From: Candidatus Buchananbacteria bacterium
GTDB taxonomy: Bacteria; Patescibacteriota; Patescibacteriia; Buchananbacterales; UBA6539
NCBI GenBank assembly: GCA_041664165.1
Contig: JBAYLH010000005.1
Coordinates: 344-64,343 of the forward strand
DNA length: 64,000 bases
Reading direction: 5' to 3'
The notes under the pieces were generated by a model, which saw only the letters and a list, made by a program, of their open reading frames with translations, was not told the origin of the DNA and did not search any database. Shown here piece by piece: positions 1-9,320 of this stretch; the first letter of the stretch is position 1; each line of letters opens with the position of its first letter. Both the position numbers and the translations under genes were made by a program.

Positions 1-492
1 CTCCACTACCGACAAAGTATAATCGCTGCCGAAGGAATCACAAAGGAAGTGTGGGTTCCCGATAACTGCGAAGTCATTACGACTTGGGCAGCTTGGCAAG
101 AAAAGTTTTTCAGAGCCAGGCCGTTATTTCTTGGCGTTCCGCTTGAAACATATAAGCAGCTAGTAACAAGCGAAACCCAGAATTTCGTACTCATCACCCG
201 AGATGTGAGAATCATCTACTACAGATCTTACCAAGGCAAGGTTATCCTCGAGGCTTATGCCAAGATTAACTGGCCAGCCGGTTTCAATGATGCCATTGAT
301 CCTGTAGAATACCTTGGCAATGGCAAGATTCACATGATCGTCGAGAAAAGCATGTCCGGCCAAGTCGACGCCATTCTTATGGGTGCCTTTATCGGATTGC
401 TGGTAGATTCGGTTATAGCAATTCTTTTTGTGATTTTATTAGGCAACTGGGTCAAACGGCACCGAGAAAAACCACCTGTCACATTGCCTTAA
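1..492 (+). CDS. hypothetical protein, 5'-partial (the frame is open to the window edge); hydrophobic C-terminal helix
   Basis: The frame stays open from nt 1. The C-terminus (ILMGAFIGLLVDSVIAILFVILLG) is a transmembrane-like helix. No family recognised. Confidence 0.35.
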   Translation, partial: LHYRQSIIAAEGITKEVWVPDNCEVITTWAAWQEKFFRARPLFLGVPLETYKQLVTSETQNFVLITRDVRIIYYRSYQGKVILEAYAKINWPAGFNDAIDPVEYLGNGKIHMIVEKSMSGQVDAILMGAFIGLLVDSVIAILFVILLGNWVKRHREKPPVTLP

Positions 493-564
493 CAATGGTC
501 TGCACAAGTAACCTTAAATCGGGTAAAACTTTGTGCAGATCTTTTTTTATTTTTAAATATTTTT

Positions 565-846
565 TCAAAATTTTGGCAAGTGATTATTTTTCCGGTAAAA
601 ACGTTTTAACCAAATCTGCTTGAAATAAGGCATCGTTAAAGTGGAAATCATAAAAGCTACCGCCGGCACAATGGCGTTAATCCAAGGCCGGGGTAAATTT
701 ATCGCCCAAAGATAAACGCCGATTGCCAAATAAGTAAATAAAGACAAAAGCCCTCGCCGGTTCCAGCTGGTTTCCCAGGCCTTGTCAATTTCAACGCGTT
801 GATTTCGCTGTTCAATTTCTTTTAACTTTTCTTCAATGTTTTCCAT
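565..846 (-). CDS. small membrane protein, unknown function
   Basis: 93 aa with two hydrophobic helices (LLSLFTYLAIGVYLWAINL and IVPAVAFMISTL). Not recognisably similar to any family I can name. Confidence 0.35.
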   Translation of the reverse strand: MENIEEKLKEIEQRNQRVEIDKAWETSWNRRGLLSLFTYLAIGVYLWAINLPRPWINAIVPAVAFMISTLTMPYFKQIWLKRFYRKNNHLPKF

Positions 847-863
847 AAGCTAAAACTTAAATT

Positions 864-1760
864 CTAGCCAACAAACACCTGGTAAAAATGCTGGAATTTC
901 CGGCTGATTTGTTCGGCGGCTTCGGCTTGGCTGATTTTCCCGGCTTTGTAGTCAACCAGCGACTGCCAAAAAATTGTCCGACCCACGGCAAAACCAATAA
1001 CCCCGGAGACTTTAGCTCCGGCTTTCAACCATTTTTCTACCTGGGCATCATCGGCACCGCGGCCCAAAACAATGGCGTTGGCTTTCCGGCCACCAGCTTT
1101 AATTTGTTTAACTAACAACTCATAATCTTTAGTCTCGATAAACCCTTCAATTTTCCAAACATCCGGTTCTATGCCGTCCGCTTGCATTTCAACAATCATT
1201 TTAACCATCAAACCCGGCCGAAGTTCGCAATCATAGCGATTACCGTCATTATCAACACAACTTAATTGTTCAGTTGTTGCCGGCACTAACGGCTCAATAA
1301 TAAAACCATAGCCATTTTGGCGACAAAAGTCACTTAGTTCTTTTAACCGCGCTCTTTGCCGAACATTCAAATCTTGGTCGCCTTCGGGATTATAGCGCAC
1401 TAAAGCTTTGGCATAAGTCGGCTGGTATTTATTAATATGAACGCCAAAGTCAGCACCGTATTCAAAAGCATACTCGTCCTGGCCGCTTTTTTCCGTTGAA
1501 AGACAAGTAAGGTAACCCGCAGCTTTGGCGTCTTTTAAAATCGCATCGCCAAACTGCTCATCCACTAAAATTGCCGCCGAAGCCTTGGGCACGGCCCCGG
1601 ACTCAACGGCTAATTTAAAACCTTGATAAATTGTCTGCTTTAAATCTACTGCCTGGTTTAATTCCTCTGCCGTCAAATCCCGGCCATCAGATCCAAACAT
1701 CTTTTTTAAAAATGAAGACCGGTGGTCAAAAGGTAGAATGAATAGTGATTGTTTTTCCAT
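864..1760 (-). CDS. class I aldolase of the LacD/DUF2090 type (tagatose/fructose-1,6-bisphosphate aldolase family)
   Basis: The motifs ILPFDHRSSF, AILVDEQFG, LTCLSTEKSG and ALVRYNPEGDQD line up with the ALAFDQRG, SILLDPEYG, LAYEKTGYD and FLLYYDVDGDEQ blocks of LacD-type class I aldolases. The gene lies next to glpX. Confidence 0.5.
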   Translation of the reverse strand: MEKQSLFILPFDHRSSFLKKMFGSDGRDLTAEELNQAVDLKQTIYQGFKLAVESGAVPKASAAILVDEQFGDAILKDAKAAGYLTCLSTEKSGQDEYAFEYGADFGVHINKYQPTYAKALVRYNPEGDQDLNVRQRARLKELSDFCRQNGYGFIIEPLVPATTEQLSCVDNDGNRYDCELRPGLMVKMIVEMQADGIEPDVWKIEGFIETKDYELLVKQIKAGGRKANAIVLGRGADDAQVEKWLKAGAKVSGVIGFAVGRTIFWQSLVDYKAGKISQAEAAEQISRKFQHFYQVFVG

Positions 1761-1782
1761 AGATTTGGTTATTTATTATTAA

Positions 1783-2736
1783 CTAATCAATCCGATGATG
1801 GGTTGTAATATAGCGAACCGTGCCGGAAGTCGCGCGAATCACGACGGAATGAGTAACAATGCGGTCTTGGCTGAATAACACACCGTTAAGAAATGGCCCT
1901 TCAACAATACCGGTCGCCGTAAAAGTTAAACGATTGCCCTTCGCCAAATCCTTGGCATGAAAAGTATGATTAATATCTCTGATGCCGATTTTTTTTAAAT
2001 ATTTTGTAATTTCGGACTGATCTTTTTCGCTTCTGGGTTTAAATCGGCAGACAATACCGCCGCCAAAAATTTTAACAGCGACGGCGGCTAAAACTGCCTC
2101 CGTACTGCCGCCGGTGCCCATTAAAATATCAATACCCGATTCCGGCAAACAAGTCGCAATGGCCGCGGCGACATCGCCGTCAGTAATTAGCCGAACCCGC
2201 GCGCCGACCTGCCTGATTTCCTTAATCAATTGTTCATGGCGCGGCCGATCCAAGACTACAACCGTCACTTCGCCGATTTCTTTGCCTAATGCCTTAGCGA
2301 CTTTTTTTAAATTAACCTTTACCGGCGCATCCAAATCAATCACCGGCGCCGCAATCGGTCCGGCCGCAATTTTATCCATATAAGTATCCGGGGCATGAAG
2401 CAGGCTGCCTTTCGGTCCGGCGGCGATTACCGAGATAGCATTATACCGGCCCCAGGCGACGCTGTCAGTACATTCTAATGGGTCAATGGCTAAATCCATG
2501 ATTGGGGCTTTTCCCTTGCCGACGATTTCGCCGGTATAAAGCTGAGGGGCTTCGTCTTTTTCGCCTTCCCCGATCACGACTTTGCCCTTGAAATTAATTT
2601 GATTAAAGCGCGCTCGCATTTCCTTAACCGCGGCCGCATCAGCGGCATTTTTGTCGCCTTTACCTAGCCACTTGGCCGCGGCAATCGCCGCCGCTTCGGT
2701 AACCCGGACGAATTCTAAGGCTAAATTTCGATCCAT
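1783..2736 (-). CDS. glpX: fructose-1,6-bisphosphatase class II (GlpX)
   Basis: Full-length GlpX-like sequence (e.g. LAIDPLECT and the DGDVAAAI region). The probable start is the internal Met of MDRNLALE at 2736; the track ORF runs upstream to 2772. Confidence 0.85.
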   Translation of the reverse strand: MDRNLALEFVRVTEAAAIAAAKWLGKGDKNAADAAAVKEMRARFNQINFKGKVVIGEGEKDEAPQLYTGEIVGKGKAPIMDLAIDPLECTDSVAWGRYNAISVIAAGPKGSLLHAPDTYMDKIAAGPIAAPVIDLDAPVKVNLKKVAKALGKEIGEVTVVVLDRPRHEQLIKEIRQVGARVRLITDGDVAAAIATCLPESGIDILMGTGGSTEAVLAAVAVKIFGGGIVCRFKPRSEKDQSEITKYLKKIGIRDINHTFHAKDLAKGNRLTFTATGIVEGPFLNGVLFSQDRIVTHSVVIRATSGTVRYITTHHRID

Positions 2737-2753
2737 AATGTTTAAAGTAATTT

Positions 2754-3110
2754 TTAAGCTAATAAACCACAAGTTACTAAAATTCTTTCCAAGATTCCAT
2801 CAATATTGTCATCGACTTCATTATTCCAAAATCTTAAAACTTTATAACCCTGACTTTCAATATACTGCTGCTTCTTTTCATCTTTAACTACCTGGCTATC
2901 ATCGGCATGGTGACCGCCATCAAGCTCAATAACTAACTTTTTTTTCAAACAGCAAAAATCTGCTACATACTTGCCAATCTTGAATTGGCGCCTAAATTTT
3001 AAACTTCCTAATCGTCTGCCTCTAAGATTACGCCAGAGCTTTTGCTCGTGAGGAGTCTGATTTTTGCGCAATATTTTGGTAATGTGAGTTTTCATTGATT
3101 GCAACCTCAC
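2754..3110 (-). CDS. DUF559 (Vsr-like) endonuclease-domain protein
   Basis: Short protein with the DUF559 layout (LWRNLRGRRLGSLKFRRQ ... VIELDGGHH ... GYKVLRFWNNEV). A GC-rich nested inverted-repeat element sits immediately upstream. Confidence 0.6.
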   Translation of the reverse strand: MRLQSMKTHITKILRKNQTPHEQKLWRNLRGRRLGSLKFRRQFKIGKYVADFCCLKKKLVIELDGGHHADDSQVVKDEKKQQYIESQGYKVLRFWNNEVDDNIDGILERILVTCGLLA

Positions 3111-3258
3111 CCCTGCCTACCGGCAGGCAGGTCTGTCTCATCTCCCCAATGGGAGAGGAGGACTGAATTAATCTTTTGGCGTAGAATGAATGATGTTAAT
3201 AATATAGTTATTTTTTAGTTCCCCCTCTCCGAAGACGGAGAGGGCTGGGGTGAGGTGA
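3101..3258. repeat. GC-rich nested inverted-repeat element (REP-like) upstream of the DUF559 gene
   Basis: Outer inverted repeat cctcacccc (3105-3113) / ggggtgagg (3247-3255). It encloses three hairpins: cctgcc..gcagg (about 3111-3130), ctcccc aatg ggagag (3142-3157) and ccctctccg aaga cggagaggg (3223-3244). The GC content is far above the neighbouring DNA. Confidence 0.6.
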
Positions 3259-3339
3259 TAAAAATCTTTACTTTATTATTCACTTATCTATTAAAAAATA
3301 CTTTCCATGGCATTGTTTATATTTATTCCTTGAACCGCA

Positions 3340-3771
3340 TTAGTCTGAACATTTCTTTATGTAATTCTCCGCTTCTTTTTTTCCCAAAAATCGTCCCACT
3401 TTCACTGCCTTGCCAATTCGGTGATCGAAGACGTGTGATACAAATTCCATTAGCTTACTTTTTATTTTCTCATCAATCGTCGCTTTATCTCCGAACAACC
3501 TTGTCAAGATGTTGTGATCTTCCTTCCCATCTTCAATTTGTTCCATGATTCCAATCGGCTCACACTCTACTGTCTGCCCAGTCTTTAATTTTTGTTCGGT
3601 AATAACAAAGCAATCAAGTTTATCGCCATCTCCGCTTGTCGTTCCTAAAATAAAGCCATAAGGGAAAGGATATTTACGAGATACGGCAACAGTTTTCTTA
3701 TACTCCAAAGTTTTCTCGTTATACAGGTTTTTTTGGTCGGAACCAGCTTCGTTTTCAATAAATATCTTCAT
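3340..3771 (-). CDS. ppa: inorganic pyrophosphatase (family I)
   Basis: Soluble PPase-like sequence with DGDKLD (resembling the DGDPLD metal site) and YGFI..T. Its 143-aa length fits a family I PPase. Confidence 0.7.
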   Translation of the reverse strand: MKIFIENEAGSDQKNLYNEKTLEYKKTVAVSRKYPFPYGFILGTTSGDGDKLDCFVITEQKLKTGQTVECEPIGIMEQIEDGKEDHNILTRLFGDKATIDEKIKSKLMEFVSHVFDHRIGKAVKVGRFLGKKEAENYIKKCSD

Positions 3772-3796
3772 TTAATTTTTCACAGCACTTTTAAAT

Positions 3797-4468
3797 TTAG
3801 TCTTTGACTAAATGTTTATTATAGCCCGCCGCCACTAACTGCTTATATGCGGCCCAGACGTCAATAGGAATTTCTTGCGGGATTTGAAAACCTTTTTCGG
3901 GATAGATTTTGAGCCGCTGCAAATCGCCGACCATAAGATTGATTACTTCATCTTGAGATTTAAATCCTTTGGAATAATCTTCAAACGCGATTGGCGGCGA
4001 AGTAACAATAGCTTCCATTTCCGGCCAAAAATTTTTAAACGTAGCATCAGCCCGGCGTTCCATATAAGGTTTTTGAACCAAAATAATTTTTTTGGGCTTT
4101 AAACCCATTTTTTCCACTAACCTTTTGGTAAACAAAATATTTTCGCCGGTATTTTGCGATTCTTTTTCAATAATAATTTTGGCCTTTGGTACGCCCATTT
4201 CTTCGGCTTTCCGAGCAAAAACCTCGGCTTCGGCTTTTCCCCACGCCGACCAGCTGGTAGAAAGCAAATCAGCCCGATGGCCGAAGCCGGTTCCGGAAAA
4301 AATAATCAATGGCGCCCAATTAGCTAAAAATAATTTAGCGGCATATTCGGCGACCCGCAAATCATGGCTGCCCAAAACTAGCATCAAATCGCCATTTTCC
4401 AGCTTTTGATTCAAGTGGTGATAATCCCAAATTTTTTTGGCCAAAAAATTAATTTGATCTTTTTCCAT
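3797..4468 (-). CDS. YdcF/DUF218 (ElyC-like) family protein
   Basis: The LVLGSH ... IIFSGTG pattern followed by EAEVFA..A...GVP and a Q.TGEN segment matches the layout of the DUF218 fold. Confidence 0.55.
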   Translation of the reverse strand: MEKDQINFLAKKIWDYHHLNQKLENGDLMLVLGSHDLRVAEYAAKLFLANWAPLIIFSGTGFGHRADLLSTSWSAWGKAEAEVFARKAEEMGVPKAKIIIEKESQNTGENILFTKRLVEKMGLKPKKIILVQKPYMERRADATFKNFWPEMEAIVTSPPIAFEDYSKGFKSQDEVINLMVGDLQRLKIYPEKGFQIPQEIPIDVWAAYKQLVAAGYNKHLVKD

Positions 4469-4474
4469 AGTTAA

Positions 4475-4969
4475 TCATTGACAAAATATTTCTATCCACT
4501 TCCTTGTCGAATTTAAAAAATTATCAGGGTTTACCCGTATTGCCTGCAATAGTTCTTCTGTTTTGAACCATTTGATTTCTTCCACTTCATCCTTATTGAT
4601 AACAAATTCCGCTTCAGGCTTATTGATTTTAATCAAATACCGCTTTACAAAATAATTATACTTTCCCGATATTCTTTCTTTCGGTCCGGCTTGCGGCACA
4701 ATTCCTTTCAGCCCTATTTCTTCTTCAGCTTCTTTACAGATATTTGTTAAATAATCTTCTTCTTGCTCGACCGTTCCGGCAACTGCCGGCCCCCACTTTC
4801 CCGGGTCATGAGATTTTGTCAACGATCTTCGCGCTAGCAAAATATCGCCCTTATCGTTTGTGATCCATAGCGCCGACACCCGATAAATATCTTCTTGTTT
4901 CACCGCGTCTCTATCCTTATAGCCAATAACATTATCTTTTTCGTCCACGATTACAATTTTTGATTTCAT
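4475..4969 (-). CDS. NUDIX hydrolase
   Basis: Nudix box GPAVAGTVEQEEDYLTNICKEAEEEIGL (GX5EX7REUXEEXGU-like). Confidence 0.7.
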   Translation of the reverse strand: MKSKIVIVDEKDNVIGYKDRDAVKQEDIYRVSALWITNDKGDILLARRSLTKSHDPGKWGPAVAGTVEQEEDYLTNICKEAEEEIGLKGIVPQAGPKERISGKYNYFVKRYLIKINKPEAEFVINKDEVEEIKWFKTEELLQAIRVNPDNFLNSTRKWIEIFCQ

Positions 4970-5003
4970 ATTTCCACCGTATTTTTAAAATCTTTTTTAT
5001 TTA

Positions 5004-5654
5004 TCATCCGCGCTTGCGAATAATGATCAGATACGCCTCAGCTGTAAGCGTTACCGGGTCATGGTTTTCATTATACTCATAAACGTCAGCTTCCGGCGTT
5101 CTTATTTCTTCTATCTGGATATTGCCACCGGCTTTTAAATTCTCCAGCGCTTCATCAACACTTTGAGATGGCCGTTGTAATTTTGACTCTTTCCGTCTCA
5201 AAACCCGCGCCAGGCGAATTTCACCGCCAGGTCTTATCACTCTCACCATTTCAGCCAAACTATTCATTACTTTCTCTTTTGCGGTGTCACCATTTCCTTC
5301 GCCGGTATAGACATTCGGAATCGCGGCATTTGAAACGACCAAATCGAAAGATTCATCCGCAAACGGTATCGCCTCGGCTTGGGCCACCACACTTTTATCT
5401 TTTCCGGTCAGATTTTCTTTTCTGGGCTCTAAACTATAAATTTCAGTACTTACCCTATGTTCTTTTGCCCATTTTGCGAATTGAGCCGCCCCGGCGCCGA
5501 CATCAAGAATTTTCTTGCCAAAATCATCCGGCTCCAGCCGGAGATCTTCTATGTAGTCCTGAAAAACTTCCTCATTAGTTTTCTCGATTATTGATGGTTC
5601 TCGCTCAAAATTTTTCATAATTTTATCCGATCTTATTTCTGCTTCCTGCGACAC
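5004..5654 (-). CDS. class I SAM-dependent methyltransferase
   Basis: Motif I ILDVGAGAAQFA with a Rossmann-fold layout. An alternative start exists at the Met of MKNFEREP (5618). Confidence 0.7.
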   Translation of the reverse strand: MSQEAEIRSDKIMKNFEREPSIIEKTNEEVFQDYIEDLRLEPDDFGKKILDVGAGAAQFAKWAKEHRVSTEIYSLEPRKENLTGKDKSVVAQAEAIPFADESFDLVVSNAAIPNVYTGEGNGDTAKEKVMNSLAEMVRVIRPGGEIRLARVLRRKESKLQRPSQSVDEALENLKAGGNIQIEEIRTPEADVYEYNENHDPVTLTAEAYLIIIRKRG

Positions 5655-5737
5655 TTTTTAAACTTAATAGCGATACCACGCTGACTTAATTTTTAAAAAT
5701 GTAATGATTTTATATGGTAATTTTAGCATAAAATTGA

Positions 5738-5764
5738 GCCAAAATCAAAACTCCCCTTTCGAGG
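5738..5764 (-). terminator. Rho-independent terminator downstream of the hicBA pair
   Basis: On the minus strand: ctcctcgaaaggggag followed by ttttgattttg. Confidence 0.5.
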
Positions 5765-5792
5765 AGCTATATCTTCCATTCTTTATAATCTA

Positions 5793-6104
5793 TTACAACT
5801 TTGCTCTTATGTCATCCCAGGTGATTCCACTACAATTTTCTATCTCTTTTAGAAGATAATACAATACATCTTTTCTTAAATCAGCTTGTATGATAACACA
5901 TTTCTGAGTTCGCGGCCACGTCGCTTTATAATGGCTACCATCACCACCATCAGTATTTATATCAAATCCTAAACTACTTAACGCCCTAATAAATTTTTTC
6001 CTTCTTACATAACCTGGTAATTGACTAAGCGAGGGCATACTGCTTCTGAGTTTCATCAGTCCGCTGTATTTTAGCTTCTTGAGCGTATGACGACGGAACT
6101 TCAA
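5793..6104 (-). CDS. hicA: HicA-like toxin (YcfA family mRNA interferase)
   Basis: FIRALSSLGF ... GSHYKATWP ... DLRKDVLYYLLKEI resembles the HicA dsRBD-like fold. The true start is probably an internal Met (about 6056 or 6038). It overlaps the upstream antitoxin-like ORF. Confidence 0.5.
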   Translation of the reverse strand: MKFRRHTLKKLKYSGLMKLRSSMPSLSQLPGYVRRKKFIRALSSLGFDINTDGGDGSHYKATWPRTQKCVIIQADLRKDVLYYLLKEIENCSGITWDDIRAKL

Positions 6105-6348
6105 AGGAAGTTAAAATTGCATCTTTTATTTTTTTATCTAATTCTTTATAATTTTTACCAGAAGTAACTATTGATCCAAATTTAAAATTAGTACTTATAG
6201 CAACTATAGAATTATCACTTTTCTTATACTCAAAGTTAATAGATCCGTAATTTCTAAAATATTCACTTAAATCAAGCAAGCTTCGTGGAATTAATTCACC
6301 ACAAAAACACTTTAATATTAGATCTTTTGACTTCTTAATTATTGACAT
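6025..6348 (-). CDS. hicB: HicB-like antitoxin (UPF0150 family, N-terminal domain)
   Basis: The TSGKNYKELDKKIKDAILTSFE segment resembles the HicB N-terminal domain. It is paired and overlapping with the HicA-like gene inside a very AT-rich island. Confidence 0.4.
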   Translation of the reverse strand: MSIIKKSKDLILKCFCGELIPRSLLDLSEYFRNYGSINFEYKKSDNSIVAISTNFKFGSIVTSGKNYKELDKKIKDAILTSFEVPSSYAQEAKIQRTDETQKQYALA

Positions 6349-6562
6349 ATTGAGATAGATTATTTTAACTTAATTTGATTACCTTGTCAATAGATTGAAT
6401 AAAAATGTAAAGGCTAAGTTAAAATGTCATAGATTGAATAAAAACCACTATATTATTTACTATACTGGTAAGAAGTTAAGTCTTTATCAAAAATAAACTT
6501 ATCCACATTCTCTAATATAAGTATACCACTACCTCTGCTATAAATAAAACTTAAAAAATCCA

Positions 6563-9289
6563 TTATTTGCCGCAGCACTTCTTAAACTTTTTCCCGCTGC
6601 CACAAGGACACAAATCATTGCGGCTGACTTTTTGGCCTTGGTAATAATGCGTCGGGTCGTCAATTGGTTTTTGGGCATCGCGGCTGGCGGCTTCCTTTTC
6701 CTGCGGCGTGGCGGCCTGGGCAATTGCCGATTGGCCCTTAGCCATGGTTTTTGCCGGCGCGACAAAAGTTAAGTTGCCGGCCGCCGGCATGACCTGAGGC
6801 GCGATATTAGCCGCGACGCCGACTTTATAGATACTATAGACAACTTGTTTGCGAATGGTCAGTAGCAAATCTTTAAACAGCTGAAACGCTTCTCTTTTAT
6901 ACTCTACCAGCGGATCGCGCTGGCCGTAACCGCGCAAGCCGATACCGGTTCGCAGATGTTCCAATGATTCCAGATGCTCAATCCATAAAATATCCATGCT
7001 GCGAAGTAAAATTCCTTTTTCCACCTGATGCATCGCTCCTTCGTCATTTAACCGAGCGCCAATTTCTTTTTCCAGTTTGTTATAAGCTTCAACAGCTAAT
7101 TTGTATAAATAACCGATTAGCCGGCCGCGCGCGCTTTTGTCTTCAATGTAACTGCCGGCTTGTTCAGAAATATCCTGCAATTTCAATCGCGTGCCGGGCG
7201 GTACGGGAAATATCGTATTGATAACTTCGTAAATTTCTTCAATGTTCCAGGTTTTTTCATCAGCGGCCGCGGTATGGAAATCAACCGCTTCAACGATTTC
7301 ATCTTCTACCATTTCCAAAACTGTCGTTTTCAAATCGGAATTAGTTAAAACATCTTTGCGTTTTTTGTAAATCGTTTCGCGGTGCTTGTTCAAAACATCA
7401 TCATATTCAACCAAGTGTTTTCGGGTGTCAAAATGAAAACCTTCGACTTTTTTCTGCGCCGCTTCCAATGATTTGGAAATCAGATTATTTTCAATCGGCA
7501 TGTCGTCGGGAATTTTCAGGGTTTCCATGATTTTTTTAATCCGGTCGGAACCGAAAATCCGCATCAAGTCATCGTCCAAAGAAACATAAAACTGCGACTG
7601 CCCCGGGTCGCCTTGCCGGCCGCCGCGGCCGCGCAGCTGATTATCAATCCGCCTAGACTCGTGCCGCTCAGTGCCGATAATAATTAAACCGCCGGCTTCT
7701 TTAACTTTCCGTTCCTCTTCGGGATCAACCGGGTCGCCGCCAAGCTTGATATCAACGCCGCGACCGGCCATATTGGTAGCCACGGTTACCGCGCCGAACC
7801 GGCCGGCCTGAGAAATTATTTGGGCTTCTTTTTCGTGAAATTTAGCGTTCAAAACTTGAGCTTTTACTCCCTCGCGCTCCAACAGCTGAGCCAACAGCTC
7901 ATTTTTTTCAATGGAAATCGTGCCAATTAAAACCGGCTGGCCTTTTTGGCTTCTTTCCTTGACGTCTTTAGCCACCGCTAAAAACTTCGCTGCTTCGTTT
8001 TTGTATATTCGGTCGGCCAAATCAGCCCGAACCATCAGCTGGTTAGTCGGAATGACGGTAACGTCCAAATTATAAATTTTGGAAAATTCTTCCGCTTCCG
8101 TCGCGGCCGTGCCGGTCATGCCGGCCAATTTTTTGTAAAGCCGAAAATAATTTTGAAAAGTTACCGTCGCCAAAGTGCGGGACTCACGCTGAACCGTCAC
8201 ACCTTCCTTGGCTTCGATAGCCTGGTGCAAGCCTTCGCTGTAGCGCCGGCCAAACATCATCCGGCCGGTGAATTCATCGACAATGATTATTTCGCCGTCT
8301 TTAACGACGTAATCGCGGTCGAGCTTAAATAAAGCGTGAGCCCGCAACGCTTGTTCAATATGATGGACTTCGGAAACGCCGCCAGCGGTATAAATATTTT
8401 CCACCCCGAGCCACTTTTCCATTTTCGCCACCCCGGTTTCGGTCAGAGTCGCCGCCCGCATTTTTTCGTCAACGTTATAATCTTCGTTTTCTTTCAAATT
8501 AACCACCAACTTGGCAAACTGATGATATTTATCCGTTGACTCCATATCCGGCGCCGAAATAATCAAAGGCGTTCTGGCTTCATCGATTAAAATGCTATCG
8601 ACTTCATCGACAATGGCGTAGTGCAAATCGCGCTGAACCATCTGGCTTAAATCGGAAACCATATTGTCGCGCAGATAGTCAAAGCCGAATTCGTTATTGG
8701 TGCCATAAGTAATATCCGCCAAATATGCTTCCCGGCGCGAAATCGGTTTTAAGTTGACCAATCTTTCGTCGGTCGCATTTTCGTCGGTAAATTCCGGATC
8801 ATATAAATATGCCGCGTCGTGGATAATCACGCCGCAAGTTAACCCCAGCCGATGATAAACCGGACCCATCCAGCCGCAGTCACGGCGGGATAAATAATCG
8901 TTAACCGTAACCAAATGGCAGCCTTTGCCTGCCAAAGCGTTAAGGTAAACCGCTGTCGTCGCCGACAAAGTCTTGCCTTCGCCGGTCTTTTGCTCGGCAA
9001 TTTGGCCTGAATGTAAAACCATACCAGCCAAAAGCTGGACATCGTAATGCCGCTGGCCGATTGACCGCCTGGCCGCTTCTCGGACGCAGGCAAAAGTCTC
9101 CGGCAAAATATCGTCTAAAGTTTTTCCTTTTTCCAATTCGGCTTTGAATCTTTGAGTCTGGTCTTTAAGCTCTGAATCGGAAAAAGCCGAAAATTTAGAT
9201 TCCAGCTGATTAATTTGTTCGACTCTTGGCTGCAAAGTTTTTAAAAACTTCTCATTGGCATCACCGAAGATAAGATTAAGTAAATTCAT
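6563..9289 (-). CDS. secA: preprotein translocase ATPase SecA
   Basis: 908 aa with DEAD-like motor motifs, the preprotein cross-linking domain and a C-terminal zinc finger (CPCGSGKKFKKCCG). The match to SecA is unmistakable. Confidence 0.95.
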   Translation of the reverse strand: MNLLNLIFGDANEKFLKTLQPRVEQINQLESKFSAFSDSELKDQTQRFKAELEKGKTLDDILPETFACVREAARRSIGQRHYDVQLLAGMVLHSGQIAEQKTGEGKTLSATTAVYLNALAGKGCHLVTVNDYLSRRDCGWMGPVYHRLGLTCGVIIHDAAYLYDPEFTDENATDERLVNLKPISRREAYLADITYGTNNEFGFDYLRDNMVSDLSQMVQRDLHYAIVDEVDSILIDEARTPLIISAPDMESTDKYHQFAKLVVNLKENEDYNVDEKMRAATLTETGVAKMEKWLGVENIYTAGGVSEVHHIEQALRAHALFKLDRDYVVKDGEIIIVDEFTGRMMFGRRYSEGLHQAIEAKEGVTVQRESRTLATVTFQNYFRLYKKLAGMTGTAATEAEEFSKIYNLDVTVIPTNQLMVRADLADRIYKNEAAKFLAVAKDVKERSQKGQPVLIGTISIEKNELLAQLLEREGVKAQVLNAKFHEKEAQIISQAGRFGAVTVATNMAGRGVDIKLGGDPVDPEEERKVKEAGGLIIIGTERHESRRIDNQLRGRGGRQGDPGQSQFYVSLDDDLMRIFGSDRIKKIMETLKIPDDMPIENNLISKSLEAAQKKVEGFHFDTRKHLVEYDDVLNKHRETIYKKRKDVLTNSDLKTTVLEMVEDEIVEAVDFHTAAADEKTWNIEEIYEVINTIFPVPPGTRLKLQDISEQAGSYIEDKSARGRLIGYLYKLAVEAYNKLEKEIGARLNDEGAMHQVEKGILLRSMDILWIEHLESLEHLRTGIGLRGYGQRDPLVEYKREAFQLFKDLLLTIRKQVVYSIYKVGVAANIAPQVMPAAGNLTFVAPAKTMAKGQSAIAQAATPQEKEAASRDAQKPIDDPTHYYQGQKVSRNDLCPCGSGKKFKKCCGK

Positions 9290-9320
9290 AAGATAATAAG
9301 TTGAATTTAAATTTAAATTT

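Noticed and set aside
6538-6765. 75-aa Arg/Pro-rich ORF
   Set aside because: It lies entirely within secA in a different frame of the same strand, so it is a spurious overlapping ORF. The same reasoning applies to the many 60-110 aa antisense ORFs inside secA, pyrG, murC, DUF1846 and others (for example 888-1115, 2114-2383, 7160-7348, 34123-34677, 35432-35731).
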